NCBI RefSeq assembly: GCF_018398935.1
Contig: NZ_CP074694.1
Coordinates: forward strand, 6,300,001-6,332,000
Reading direction: 5' to 3'
Origin: Telmatocola sphagniphila
GTDB taxonomy: Bacteria; Planctomycetota; Planctomycetia; Gemmatales; Gemmataceae
DNA length: 32,000 nt
The notes under the pieces were generated by a model, which was given only the letters and a program-made list of their open reading frames with translations, made no database searches and had not been told where the DNA came from. The first letter of the stretch is position 1, and every line of letters starts with the position of its first letter. Position numbers and translations under genes: made by a program. Of the stretch, positions 15,772 to 26,756 are shown piece after piece.

Positions 15772-16662
15772 TCACTTCCCCTTCTCCCTCAGCTTCAACC
15801 CCGAGTGCTTCGCCACGAACTCTAGCAGTGCCTGCGTGGCGGGGTCCGATTCGCTCAACATCAGCCAGGCCATGATCGTAATATGATTCCGTTCCGGGAT
15901 CATTTGAACCGACACATCGACTTTGTGCTTCTTCAATTCCTCCGCAAAGTTCTTCGACATCACATCACAGGTTGGGAAGTCCTTGTCGGCATACAAAATC
16001 AAAAACGGCGGCTCCTTACCGGTTACCTGCTGGATCGGCGAAGCACTTTCGGCCGCTTCCTTCCCCTTCCCGATGATTGGCACAAACCGGTTCTCGTGGA
16101 AGTTGTAAATGCCGCTGATCGGCATCACTCCTTTGATATCTTTCAGGGAAAGCTTCTCCGCCTTCAAATAGCTTTCGTTTGTTCCCAATAGGGCCGCGAG
16201 ATGGCCGCCCGCCGATTGCCCGGTCACAAATATCTGATCGTTTTTTCCGTCATATTTGCCGATATTCTTATGCGTCCAGGCAAACGCTTTCGCCACATCT
16301 TCGATATGCCCCGGATGCTGGACCTGCGGCGTCAACCGATAGCTGAGCACCACCGTTCCGATCCCGTTCTTGGCGAATACATGGCCCACCGGGCCGTACA
16401 TCTTGCGGTCGCCGGTGGTCCAACCGCCGCCATGGATGAAGAACAGAACGGGGAAGTCCTTCTGGCCCTTGGGAATAAACAGATCGAGCTTGTGCTTGTT
16501 ATCTTCGCCCTCTTTGCCTTCCACGTAAGGAATATCCTTGTGAACCTCGACCTCGTACGGGCCCGCGATTTTGATCGGCTTTGTATCTTCGGCCTGTGCA
16601 CTCATTGAGAAACATCCGAGGGTGACAATCAAAGTTAGCAGGGTGTTCCAGTAATTCTTCAT
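15772..16662 (-). CDS. Secreted alpha/beta-hydrolase (esterase/lipase, HGGG-type)
   Basis: 296 aa with a signal peptide (MKNYWNTLLTLIVTLGCFSMSAQA). It has an oxyanion-hole motif (FIHGGGW) and a nucleophile elbow (GQSAGG). Confidence 0.8.
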   Translation of the reverse strand: MKNYWNTLLTLIVTLGCFSMSAQAEDTKPIKIAGPYEVEVHKDIPYVEGKEGEDNKHKLDLFIPKGQKDFPVLFFIHGGGWTTGDRKMYGPVGHVFAKNGIGTVVLSYRLTPQVQHPGHIEDVAKAFAWTHKNIGKYDGKNDQIFVTGQSAGGHLAALLGTNESYLKAEKLSLKDIKGVMPISGIYNFHENRFVPIIGKGKEAAESASPIQQVTGKEPPFLILYADKDFPTCDVMSKNFAEELKKHKVDVSVQMIPERNHITIMAWLMLSESDPATQALLEFVAKHSGLKLREKGK

Positions 16663-16843
16663 GGGTAAATCTCAAATTCTCAAAACGATTTCGCTCCAGC
16701 TATTTTACAGCAATTGCTGGCAGTTGCAGTTGTGCGGACACGGATAAACCGCCGGGTGGAAGAATTTTTCAAAATGATCTGGCATAACTGTAAAAGTGAA
16801 CATATAGTGTACGCATGTTTACTTGTGCGTCGGGAGGCCAACC

Positions 16844-18058
<1,215 letters not shown>

Positions 18059-18068
18059 ATGGGGGCAA

Positions 18069-19985
18069 TTACTTGAAAGTCCGCAGCGCGGCGGCCACAT
18101 TATTGTCGAAAGTTATTAGCTCATTCTTGAAGGCGTTCATAAGATCGAATCGTTTCAGCGTACTTTCGTCCTTGTTCGGCGTGTCGGTCAGCTTCTGAAT
18201 TTCATCGACCAGCAACTGTTCGAGTTCGGGGCCGATCTGGTTCAGCTTGGCCAGTCCGTATTTGTCGCCCGCATCCTTGCAGACATCGAAAGCTCGGCGA
18301 GCTTCCGGCAGCTTCGATTTCATATCATCGAACGACTGCACTTTAGCCCACGATTCATAGATGAATTTACGGGCCGCACTGTGCGCATCGCTCTTGGGCG
18401 TCCAGTTCTTCTTCAGTTCATCCCGCTTCTGCGTGAAAGCATCCTTCGCGGCGGTTTCGGTTCCCGCCGCCACAATTGCTTCGTCGTAGAGTTTCAACGC
18501 CTCTTCGATATTCACCTGCTGAATGGCCGAGTCGATTCGCAGCACAAATCCGTTCAGCTTCTTTTTCAGTTCCACGACTTCAGGAAGGTTCTGCTGCCGA
18601 CTGACTTCATCGAGTTGAGCAATATAGGAATCCAGTTGCCGGCGGGCATCGCGCAGGCTTTGTAGCTTTTCATCCAGAACATCTGTGAAGCCGGGAAGGG
18701 AGACTTTGGCGGCGATGGTCTGTTCTTTGAATTTCTGCAGATCGACGGTCAGCTCGCTGATATCGCCGTCGATGCGACTGAGCGTCTTTCGAGCGGAGTT
18801 ATCGGCCTGATCCACTTTCCCCTGTTTCACCAGTTGAGTAATATCTTTGAAGCACTGGGCCTGAATGCGGCGGGAGTCATTGACGCGATCCAGCCAGAAG
18901 CCGCGGCGGGCCACCAGTTGATCGCGGCTTTCCGCACCCGCTTCGATGTTTACCGTTCGCACTACCACCGCATCTCCGGTAATGGCCAGCGGAATGCGGG
19001 CAATTGCTCGCTCGCCCAGATCGATGCGGACGAAAGCGATATTCTTCATCGGATCGCGCGACGTGAACACATCTCGAAATAGCACACCCAGATCGCGTTC
19101 CTGATAACTCTCGGCGAAGCCGGAATCCTTGATGCGTACTTGCAGTCCGACCTGTCGAAGCGGGGCTCCCTTGGGATCGATGAGTTTCAATTTCAAGGGA
19201 GCGGTGACGGTTGCGAGTCGGATGCAGCGATAGCCGACAATGCTTCCGCGGGCGGGTGGCAATCGATCGGCGTACTGGCGGACCAACCGGCAGGTCGATT
19301 GGCCGTCTTTCATTTCATCGAGCACCTGCAACAGAACGTCATCGCAATCGGAAGTGGTGCCGCGCAGGCCGGTACCGTCTTTGCGAATTTGTACCACTTT
19401 CAACACATCTCCCGGCCGGACCCAATCGGCCAGCGCGAGGCCACGCCGTCCGGCTTTCCAGCTGACCGGGACATTATCGCCGGCAGGAATGAAAGAACCG
19501 GTGAAACCGAAGTCGCGTATCACCCAATCGGTAATCTGTTTCAAAATGGCGGAGCGATCCGAAAGTGTGGCTTCGCGAATCAGCGAATTGAAGCCGGTGC
19601 TGCCATCGTGTTGCCGGGCGCGAATGCGGATACCCTGTTCGCTGGCCTCGATCCAGAAAACGTGAAGTTTTTCGTTGCTCAGCGGGGCGGGGGCGTCGAG
19701 GGCGGTGGGGCCGGTTTTCAGGTAATTTCGCTCCTGTTCGGTCCAGTCCTTGTTCGGCTTCCGCATCAGGTCGATGATTTCGAACTCGGCCAAGTTGCCT
19801 AGCAGGCCCTGGAGCTTGTCCTCGATATCGGACTTCAAATTGAGCCGGTAGGTTTCGTTGAAGAGCGGATGCGCGCGGAAAAGCAAAACGATTTTAGTGG
19901 AGTAGGTTTGATCGCTATCCGTGGGCAGTTGAGCAGCGGCCGGGAACGCAAAAAGAAGTAGTGAACAGATCGCCACAAAACGCAT
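18069..19985 (-). CDS. Secreted hypothetical protein with a long C-terminal coiled-coil region
   Basis: The internal ATG (19985..19983) gives the signal peptide MRFVAICSLLLFAFPAAAQ. The track ORF's extra 58 N-terminal residues would overlap the divergent GT2 gene. The C-terminal half is heptad-like and rich in K, E, Q and L. No family recognised. Confidence 0.65.
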   Translation of the reverse strand: MRFVAICSLLLFAFPAAAQLPTDSDQTYSTKIVLLFRAHPLFNETYRLNLKSDIEDKLQGLLGNLAEFEIIDLMRKPNKDWTEQERNYLKTGPTALDAPAPLSNEKLHVFWIEASEQGIRIRARQHDGSTGFNSLIREATLSDRSAILKQITDWVIRDFGFTGSFIPAGDNVPVSWKAGRRGLALADWVRPGDVLKVVQIRKDGTGLRGTTSDCDDVLLQVLDEMKDGQSTCRLVRQYADRLPPARGSIVGYRCIRLATVTAPLKLKLIDPKGAPLRQVGLQVRIKDSGFAESYQERDLGVLFRDVFTSRDPMKNIAFVRIDLGERAIARIPLAITGDAVVVRTVNIEAGAESRDQLVARRGFWLDRVNDSRRIQAQCFKDITQLVKQGKVDQADNSARKTLSRIDGDISELTVDLQKFKEQTIAAKVSLPGFTDVLDEKLQSLRDARRQLDSYIAQLDEVSRQQNLPEVVELKKKLNGFVLRIDSAIQQVNIEEALKLYDEAIVAAGTETAAKDAFTQKRDELKKNWTPKSDAHSAARKFIYESWAKVQSFDDMKSKLPEARRAFDVCKDAGDKYGLAKLNQIGPELEQLLVDEIQKLTDTPNKDESTLKRFDLMNAFKNELITFDNNVAAALRTFK

Positions 19986-20142
19986 AGATGATCCTAAAAC
20001 CGGTAAATCGATCCTTCTTAGATAGTTTAATCGAAGATTATGGGGGAAACCACGTCGGAAATTGCCGAGATTTCGGGAATATTCGCGAGATTGCGGCATC
20101 TGAATTCTAAAATGGGAGAAATACTCTTCTTCGGGTTCGGAT

Positions 20143-20997
20143 ATGCCGTTGCTTCTCACTTCGCCGCCATTAAATCCAACGCACGAGATCTTTCACGTCG
20201 AACGGATTTTAGACCCAGATGAATCCGTACCCGCCCGACAGCATAAAATCATTGCGGTATTACCGGCCTACAACGCCGAGCGAACCTTGGCGGCGACGCT
20301 GGCCGATTTCCCTCCCGGCTCGGTCGATCAGATCCTTCTGGTCGACGATTGCAGCAAGGACCGCACGGTTGAGATCGCCCTTGAGATGGGATTGACGGTG
20401 ATTCAGCATCCCAAAAATAGGGGGTATGGGGGAAATCAGAAGACTTGCTACCAGTATGCTCTCGATCAGGGGGCCGATATCGTGGTGATGATCCATCCCG
20501 ATTATCAGTACGATGCCCGAGTGATACCGCATGCGATTGGAATGATCGAATTGGGAATCTGCGACATCGTGTTGGGCAGCCGGATTCGTTCCCGAAAAGA
20601 AGCTTTGCAGTGCGGAATGCCCTGGTGGAAGTATTTCGCCAACCGAGCACTGACGGCCTTCGAAAATATCTGTCTGGGCCAGAATTTAGGCGACTTTCAC
20701 AGTGGCTTCCGGGTCTATCGCCGGAACGTGCTGGAGAAGATCCCTTTCCAAAACAATTCGGACGACTTCGTCTTCGACACGCAGTTTCTGGCTCAGGCGG
20801 TACACTTCGGCTTCCGGCTGGGCGACATTCCGGTTCCGGTCCGCTACTTCAATGAAGCCAGCAGCATCAACTTTCGCCGCAGTTCGATCTACGGTATTCG
20901 AACAGTGCAGACGATGCTGGGCTTTCTCATGAATCGCCTGCGGCTCTGGCGATCCTCGCTCTATTCCACCACCCGACACCAGACCGCTTTAAGATAA
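20143..20997 (+). CDS. Family 2 glycosyltransferase (Dpm1-like)
   Basis: 284 aa. GT-A hallmarks are [25 protein letters not shown] and MIHPDYQYD (DxD-type). The 3' end overlaps the convergent rlmI-like gene by 37 nt. Confidence 0.8.
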   Translation: MPLLLTSPPLNPTHEIFHVERILDPDESVPARQHKIIAVLPAYNAERTLAATLADFPPGSVDQILLVDDCSKDRTVEIALEMGLTVIQHPKNRGYGGNQKTCYQYALDQGADIVVMIHPDYQYDARVIPHAIGMIELGICDIVLGSRIRSRKEALQCGMPWWKYFANRALTAFENICLGQNLGDFHSGFRVYRRNVLEKIPFQNNSDDFVFDTQFLAQAVHFGFRLGDIPVPVRYFNEASSINFRRSSIYGIRTVQTMLGFLMNRLRLWRSSLYSTTRHQTALR

Positions 20998-22136
20998 CGG
21001 CCTTCCTGAGCCTGGGCATGGAAGGGATGATCCGCCGCGGCCCCGCTCAGGTTGAAGATCTGCACTGTTCGCTGCGCCTGCCAGGCCGCCCGGCGAATGC
21101 TTTCGAGAAAATCAGTCTCGCTGACTAGACCCGTACAGGAACAAGTCAGGAAGATGCCGCCGGGGCTAACGACGTTTAGAGCGACCCGGTTCATATCGCA
21201 ATATTTCTTCAGGGCCGTTTCCACTTCTTCGCGATCCCGGGTCATCTTGGCTGGGTCTAAAATGACCACATCGTACTTCTGACCGGAAGGATAAATGTCC
21301 CGCAACCAGCTGAAGATGTCGGCCTGAATGAACTTGATGCGGGCCTGATTCAAGTTGGCGTTCTGCGCGGCCAGAGCGATGACCTGTTCGTCGAGATCGA
21401 CCCCTACCACCTCGGCCGCTTTACCGATGGTCTTGGCATAAACGGCGAAACCGCCGGTGTTGCAGCAGAGGTCGAGTACTTTCTTGCCGTTGCAAAATGT
21501 CGACATCAACCTGCGATTGTCTCGCTGATCGCAGAAAAAGCCGGTTTTGTGCTTACTGCCCGGTGCCACGCGGAAACGCACGCCGTTTTCGGTGATGGTC
21601 CCCGGCGGCGGAGCATCGGGCGGCCGGCAGTCGAACGACTCCTGCTTACCGACATGCTCCTCGGCGAAGAAATAGAATTTCGAATCGGGGAATTCGTCCC
21701 GAAAGATTGAAATGATCAGATCGCGCTGTTTGAACATCCCGGCCGAGAAAAATTCGATCACAATCGTCTGGCCGTAGCGATCCACCACCAGCCCGCTGAG
21801 TTCATCGGCCTCAGAATGCACTAAGCGGTAGGCGTTTGTGGTTTCATCGAGCCGCAGGGTCTCCCGGCGGAAGCGAATCGCGCGTTTGATGCGCTCCCGG
21901 AAGAAGTCTTCGTTGACGAGTTGATCTTGCTTGGAGGTCAGCACCCGTAAGGTAATGCGGGAATGGCCGTTGTAGAAGCCTCGGCCGACCCATTGGCCGG
22001 CGCGATCCTGGATTTCCACGATCGTACCGGGTGGTATCCGTTCGGTCGGCTTTTCGACCATCTTCTGGAAGATCCAGGGATGGCTCGAACGGCGTTCGAT
22101 TTTCAGTTTAACGAGGGGCAATGCTGGTGCAGTCAT
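20961..22136 (-). CDS. rlmI: RlmI-like class I SAM-dependent rRNA (cytosine-C5) methyltransferase with a PUA-like N-terminal domain
   Basis: 391 aa, colinear with E. coli RlmI as I remember it. Shared stretches include [62 protein letters not shown] and ADHP. Confidence 0.75.
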   Translation of the reverse strand: MTAPALPLVKLKIERRSSHPWIFQKMVEKPTERIPPGTIVEIQDRAGQWVGRGFYNGHSRITLRVLTSKQDQLVNEDFFRERIKRAIRFRRETLRLDETTNAYRLVHSEADELSGLVVDRYGQTIVIEFFSAGMFKQRDLIISIFRDEFPDSKFYFFAEEHVGKQESFDCRPPDAPPPGTITENGVRFRVAPGSKHKTGFFCDQRDNRRLMSTFCNGKKVLDLCCNTGGFAVYAKTIGKAAEVVGVDLDEQVIALAAQNANLNQARIKFIQADIFSWLRDIYPSGQKYDVVILDPAKMTRDREEVETALKKYCDMNRVALNVVSPGGIFLTCSCTGLVSETDFLESIRRAAWQAQRTVQIFNLSGAAADHPFHAQAQEGRYLKAVWCRVVE

Positions 22137-22152
22137 CTAGGAATTGTATGCC

Positions 22153-22443
22153 TTAAGCCGTGGTCAAACCGCCCGGAGCGACAAACACGGTCTTCCAGGG
22201 CCGAATGGTCCAGCGAACAAAGATGCCTTCGGAGTGGAACGGGTCGCCCTTCAGGATCGCTTCAGCCTCTTCGGGAGTCGCGGCCTCGTAAACGATCAAG
22301 GCGCCATAGTTGTCGAGAAAGGGCCCGGCACATGCGAGTTTGCCCTGTTCCAGCAAGCTCGTGAGATACTCGCGATGCCGAGGACGCACGGCATTCACCC
22401 GGTCCACATCCGGAATATATTCAATCACAGCGGCATACTTCAT
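22153..22443 (-). CDS. YciI-family protein
   Basis: The internal ATG (22443..22441) gives MKYAAVIEYIPDVDRVNAVRPRHREYLTSLLEQGKLACAGPF...GDPFHSEGI, a typical YciI pattern. The longer track ORF would overlap the upstream gene, which ends at 22469. Confidence 0.7.
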   Translation of the reverse strand: MKYAAVIEYIPDVDRVNAVRPRHREYLTSLLEQGKLACAGPFLDNYGALIVYEAATPEEAEAILKGDPFHSEGIFVRWTIRPWKTVFVAPGGLTTA

Positions 22444-22468
22444 CGGCCAACTCTCCAACACTGGCGAA

Positions 22469-23515
22469 CTAGAATTCCCAGCCGATCCCCGGTTTTTCCG
22501 GCGCCAAAATCTGGCCCTTTTCAATCTTCAGCGTCTGGAACGGCTCCGACCAGTCGAGCAGATTCATATTGGCGATTCCGCAGGCCAGGTGAATAGCCAG
22601 GTCGGGCAAACCTTTAATCACGCAGGGAACGTGATAGGCATCGGCCATCGCGATCACTCGCAAAAGCGGCGTCAAACCGCCCAGGCGAATCGGATCGGGA
22701 CGGAGGATTCGAACCGTACCGCGAGCCAGCCAGTCGCGAAATTCCTCAACGGAATCGATCCCGGGTCCGACGCATAAGGGCGCCTCGAAATGCAGCGATA
22801 AGCGTTCGTATCCCGCCACATCGCTGGTGGCAATAGGCGATTCGAACCAGTCGATGCCGATTTCCTCATCGAAGAAACGGGCAAAGGCCATGGCGGTGCC
22901 GAGGTCGTAGCGTCCCTCGGCCGTAATGCCGAGCCAGGCTTCATCGCCGATGCCATTGCGGATGTCGTGAACGCGGTCGGCATCTTTCTGAATATCGTCG
23001 GTGCCGATCTTCACGAGTAAACCGAGCGGTTGATTCGCGGCGTACTTCTTCCAGGTCGATAGCACGGTAGCGGTGTCTATCCCTAGTGGAGCGATATCAC
23101 CCAGGAAGTAGGGGGCCGAAGCGCGAGCAGAGCCGAAGTAGCGGTGCAGCGGCTCACGGAAAGACTTGCCCTTGATGTCCCACAAAGCCAGATCGATGGC
23201 CGCATAAACGCGCGGCAGAATTCCCGACCAGCCTAGCGAACTGCCGTAGCCGCGGGCTTTGGCCCAGAGCTTCTCGGTGGCTAGCGGATCTTCGCCGACC
23301 ACCAGCGGAATTAGCTCCTCCAGAATGGCTTTCCCGGCGGTCAATCCCGATGGGCCAAAACTGGTAACGCCGAAGCCGGAGATCCCGGAATCGGTGTCGA
23401 TTCGTACGATCAGATAATTCGTACTGGAGGGGGCGTTGGAACCGCTGTTCAACGAGATTCGGCCCGCGGAGGAGTCGACTCGCTTTTCGGAGACTTTGAC
23501 AGAATGAATTTTCAT
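22469..23515 (-). CDS. Enolase-superfamily enzyme (mandelate racemase / muconate lactonizing enzyme family), substrate unknown
   Basis: 348 aa. Family-level pattern: an N-terminal capping domain, then barrel motifs AIDLALWDIKGK, WFESP and LRPDPIRLGG. Its start lies 9 nt downstream of the livF stop on the same strand. Confidence 0.7.
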   Translation of the reverse strand: MKIHSVKVSEKRVDSSAGRISLNSGSNAPSSTNYLIVRIDTDSGISGFGVTSFGPSGLTAGKAILEELIPLVVGEDPLATEKLWAKARGYGSSLGWSGILPRVYAAIDLALWDIKGKSFREPLHRYFGSARASAPYFLGDIAPLGIDTATVLSTWKKYAANQPLGLLVKIGTDDIQKDADRVHDIRNGIGDEAWLGITAEGRYDLGTAMAFARFFDEEIGIDWFESPIATSDVAGYERLSLHFEAPLCVGPGIDSVEEFRDWLARGTVRILRPDPIRLGGLTPLLRVIAMADAYHVPCVIKGLPDLAIHLACGIANMNLLDWSEPFQTLKIEKGQILAPEKPGIGWEF

Positions 23516-23524
23516 GCGGGAATT

Positions 23525-24241
23525 CTATTCACCCAGATAGGCGGCCTGAATGCGCGGATCGTTCAGAAGCTCGGTGCCGGGTCCGCTCATGGTGATGGTG
23601 CCGGTTTCCATAACGTAGCCGCGATGCGCCAGTTTCAAGGCTAAACGGGCATTTTGCTCGACGAGAAGAACCGACATCCCTGCCTGATTCAATTCGCGAA
23701 TAACTTCAAAAATTCTCAGAACGATCATCGGAGCGAGGCCAAGCGACGGCTCATCGAGCAGGAGCAATTTGGGCCGGGCCATCAGTGCCCGGGCGATGGC
23801 CAGCATCTGCTGCTCGCCGCCGGAGAGGGTGCCGCCGAGTTGTTTCATCCGCTGTTTCAGGATGGGGAAGTAATGGTAGGATTTTTCGATATCTTCCTGA
23901 ATTCCCGCGTGATCTTTGCGGGTGAAGGCCCCCATTTGGAGGTTTTCCAGCACCGTCAGACGCGGGAAAATTTTGCGTCCTTCGGGCGACTGAGCCAGCC
24001 CCCTTGGCACGATTTTGTAATCGGGCACGCGCGAGATATCCTCGCCTTCGAACATGATTCGGCCGCCGCGGGTTTTCACCACGCCGGAGATGGTTTGGAG
24101 CGTCGTCGTCTTCCCGGCCCCGTTCGCACCAATAACCGTGACGATTTCCCCCGGGTTGACGGTCAGCGAGATGCCCTGCAGCACCTTGATCTGCCCGTAG
24201 CCCGCTTCCAGATTTTCGACGCTGAGAATCGGAGAACTCAC
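23525..24241 (-). CDS. livF: Branched-chain-amino-acid-type ABC transporter ATP-binding protein LivF
   Basis: 238 aa with a GTG start in a GTGA overlap with the livG stop (24238-24241). It has Walker A (GANGAGKTT), the signature LSGGEQQML and Walker B (LLLLDEP). Confidence 0.85.
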   Translation of the reverse strand: MSSPILSVENLEAGYGQIKVLQGISLTVNPGEIVTVIGANGAGKTTTLQTISGVVKTRGGRIMFEGEDISRVPDYKIVPRGLAQSPEGRKIFPRLTVLENLQMGAFTRKDHAGIQEDIEKSYHYFPILKQRMKQLGGTLSGGEQQMLAIARALMARPKLLLLDEPSLGLAPMIVLRIFEVIRELNQAGMSVLLVEQNARLALKLAHRGYVMETGTITMSGPGTELLNDPRIQAAYLGE

Positions 24242-25587
24242 GTCACTTCCTCTTTGCCCAGATAAGCTTCGATGACCTTCGGATTTTGGCGAACTTCTTC
24301 CGGAGTGCCTTCGGCAATTTTCACGCCGTAATCGAGAACGGAAATTCGATCGGAGATCCCCATCACCAGATTCATGTGATGCTCGATCAGAAGGACAGTA
24401 ATGCCCCGATCGCGAATCTTGCGAATCAGTTCCATCAGATCGACCGTTTCCCGGGGATTCATACCGGCCGCCGGTTCGTCGAGGAGCAGCAATTTCGGTT
24501 CGCAGGCCATGGCTCGGGCGATTTCCAGACGGCGCTGATCGCCGTAGGGCAAGTTTTTGGCCAAATTGTTCCTGGCTTTTTCGAGACCCATGAACTTCAG
24601 CAGTTCGAGGGCTTTCGCCTCGGCCTCTTTTTCTTCGCGTTTTAAGCCGGGAGTGTGCAGGGCCATTCGAACGGGATTGCTCCCCAGCGAGCGGTCTTTG
24701 CCGATCAGCACGTTTTCCAGCACTGTCATATTCTGGAAGAGTCGAATGTTTTGGAAGGTTCGGGCAATGCCACCCAAAGCGATGTAATCGGTCGTTCGTC
24801 GGCTGCGACGCCAGACGACAAAGGAACCGATAGTACCAACAATAAAACCGGCCAGAAGTGCAATCAGACCGTTTCGGAGTCGTGCGGTGCGTGATTCCTG
24901 GAAATCGTTCAACGTCTCTTTCAGGTCGGTGCAGTCGGCCTCGGAACCGGTATAAGCCGGCTCGGGCACGCCTTCCAGATAGAGCGAAAACTCCTCGGCA
25001 TTCTTGCGGACTTCCGGCTTCTTCTTGGTGTTGATCGCTTGGTAAATCTTCTGCGCTTTTTCCTCATTGGGGATGTTGCCGATCAAAGTCTCATCGCTGG
25101 AAGACATGACCTGCCAACGGCGCCCGTTGCGGGTTTTCTGCAAAACGGGATTGCTGGCGATATAGCGATTCATGTCGCTCCAAAGAGTCTGGAAGCTGAA
25201 TGGAGCTGGCAGTGGTTTCTCTGGACTCTCTTCACGGCCGAACAGATACATCCGAGTCGAGGGCTGCTTCTTGATCGTCGAAGCCCAGAAACTGTCGATG
25301 TTGACGGCCAGTATTCCGGCGAGGAGCGCGACGGTCAGACCGACGAAAATAAACCCGATTAATGTGCGAACTGTCAGCGGCCGGATTTGATTGTGGCCGT
25401 CGAAGGTTACTGCACCTTCAGTCGGGTTGTAGATGCCGGTGATCGCGTTGAAGAAAGTGGTTTTGCCCGCTCCGTTGGGACCGATGATCGAATAGATCTG
25501 TCCTTTTTCGACGGTGACATCGACGGCATTGACGGCCGTTAAGCCGCCAAATCGCATCGTCACTTTTTCAGCTTTCAACAACGACAC
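24238..25587 (-). CDS. livG: LivG-type ABC transporter ATP-binding protein carrying a ~195-aa insertion
   Basis: 449 aa with a GTG start preceded by GAGAGG. It has Walker A (GPNGAGKTT, aa 36-44), the Q-loop region (GIARTFQNIRLF, aa 273-284), the LivG-type signature LPYGDQRRLEIARA and Walker B (LLLLDEP). An extra segment between Walker A and the Q-loop holds two hydrophobic stretches. Confidence 0.8.
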   Translation of the reverse strand: MSLLKAEKVTMRFGGLTAVNAVDVTVEKGQIYSIIGPNGAGKTTFFNAITGIYNPTEGAVTFDGHNQIRPLTVRTLIGFIFVGLTVALLAGILAVNIDSFWASTIKKQPSTRMYLFGREESPEKPLPAPFSFQTLWSDMNRYIASNPVLQKTRNGRRWQVMSSSDETLIGNIPNEEKAQKIYQAINTKKKPEVRKNAEEFSLYLEGVPEPAYTGSEADCTDLKETLNDFQESRTARLRNGLIALLAGFIVGTIGSFVVWRRSRRTTDYIALGGIARTFQNIRLFQNMTVLENVLIGKDRSLGSNPVRMALHTPGLKREEKEAEAKALELLKFMGLEKARNNLAKNLPYGDQRRLEIARAMACEPKLLLLDEPAAGMNPRETVDLMELIRKIRDRGITVLLIEHHMNLVMGISDRISVLDYGVKIAEGTPEEVRQNPKVIEAYLGKEEVT

Positions 25588-25610
25588 AGAAAACCTCTCG
25601 GGTAGAATCG

Positions 25611-26756
25611 TTATTTATCGCGCCGGGCCGGGAACAAGCCGTGGGGTCGGAATCGCATGACCAGAATCAGAACCATTCCGAAGATCATCAATCGCCAACC
25701 GGAGAAGGTTAAATAAGGTGCGCCTTCATTACCCAGATTTATACCCGCCAACCGAACATCCTGTTTCGTGTCGACATGTTTGCGGATCCAATCCTGAATA
25801 CCAGAATCGAGTGCCGGTGAAATAATGTTTTCGTAACCGATGATCAGCAGAACGCCGATGATGACCCCTTTTCGATTACCGAGGCCACCGAGGATCAAAC
25901 AACACAGGACAATAACAGAGTTATTGAATCCGTAGGTGTCGGGGTCGGCCGTATTGCTTTGACGATAGGCATAAAGTGCACCCGCGAGCCCGGCGAGTCC
26001 GGCCCCGATAGCGAATGCCGCCAATTTCAAACGGGCGGTGTTCAACCCCATACAGGCCGCCGCCAGCTCATCTTCTCGAATCGCCACCCAGCCGCGACCC
26101 AGTCGCGAACGCTCCAGATTGCGAAGCAGGATCACTACGATTACTAGAAAAAACAAGGTCAGAAAGTACCAGTAGCGATAGTCGCCAGACCAATCCAGAG
26201 GGCCCCCTTCACTTAATTCCTTGGCCCCGGGAATAAACTTCAGAAATCCCGCAATAGTCTTGATTAAAGAGTCGAAAAGGGTCGGTGAAGGAACTGGTTT
26301 AATACCTTTGGTTCCATTGGTAATCTGTTCGAGATTTCGCAGAGTAAATCGCAAAACTTCCCCGAAACCCAGTGTCACCAGGGCCAGATAATCTCCGCGC
26401 AATCGAAGCACCGGAGCTGACAGCATGACGCTGAGAGCAGCCGCACCCAAAATCGAAATGAGAACCGCCAGTGGAAAACTCAATTGGAACGGGTAATCGG
26501 CAACGGTCAGAATGCCGGTCAGGTAGGCCCCCACGCCGAAGAACGCGCCGATTCCCAGGTGCAACAGCCCGGCATAGCCGATCACCACATTCAGACCCAG
26601 GGCCAGGATCGCGAAGATAAATAGAGTGGGAAGCTGATTACCTACCGGCTGACCGATTTTGGAGAAAACGAAATCATTCACCGGCGGATAAATGGGATAC
26701 GCAACTGCCAGGGCCAGCAGCAAGAGCATCCACGGAAAGCGATTAAGTAGTGACAT
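25611..26756 (-). CDS. livM: LivM-type ABC transporter permease
   Basis: The ATG at 26756..26754 shares one nucleotide with the livH TAA (a TAATG overlap), giving MSLLNRFPWMLLLLALAVAYP. The protein is polytopic and hydrophobic with LGLNVVIGYAGLLHLG. The track ORF's 31-aa extension lies inside livH. Confidence 0.8.
   Translation of the reverse strand: MSLLNRFPWMLLLLALAVAYPIYPPVNDFVFSKIGQPVGNQLPTLFIFAILALGLNVVIGYAGLLHLGIGAFFGVGAYLTGILTVADYPFQLSFPLAVLISILGAAALSVMLSAPVLRLRGDYLALVTLGFGEVLRFTLRNLEQITNGTKGIKPVPSPTLFDSLIKTIAGFLKFIPGAKELSEGGPLDWSGDYRYWYFLTLFFLVIVVILLRNLERSRLGRGWVAIREDELAAACMGLNTARLKLAAFAIGAGLAGLAGALYAYRQSNTADPDTYGFNNSVIVLCCLILGGLGNRKGVIIGVLLIIGYENIISPALDSGIQDWIRKHVDTKQDVRLAGINLGNEGAPYLTFSGWRLMIFGMVLILVMRFRPHGLFPARRDK

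Noticed and set aside
16788-16803. E. coli-type SOS box look-alike CTGT-N8-ACAT upstream of the Y-family polymerase gene
   Set aside because: It has a mismatch in the invariant ACAG half. There is no reason to expect the gammaproteobacterial LexA motif in this lineage, and a single occurrence cannot be evaluated.
18069-20159. Long N-terminal extensions of several track ORFs (18069-20159, 25611-26849, 4221-4655, 22153-22524, 12046-13203, 16823-18058, 10315/13540 TTG starts)
   Set aside because: In each case an internal ATG gives a canonical N-terminus (signal peptide or family-typical start). It also removes an overlap with the neighbouring gene or is preceded by a better RBS. I used the shorter coordinates.
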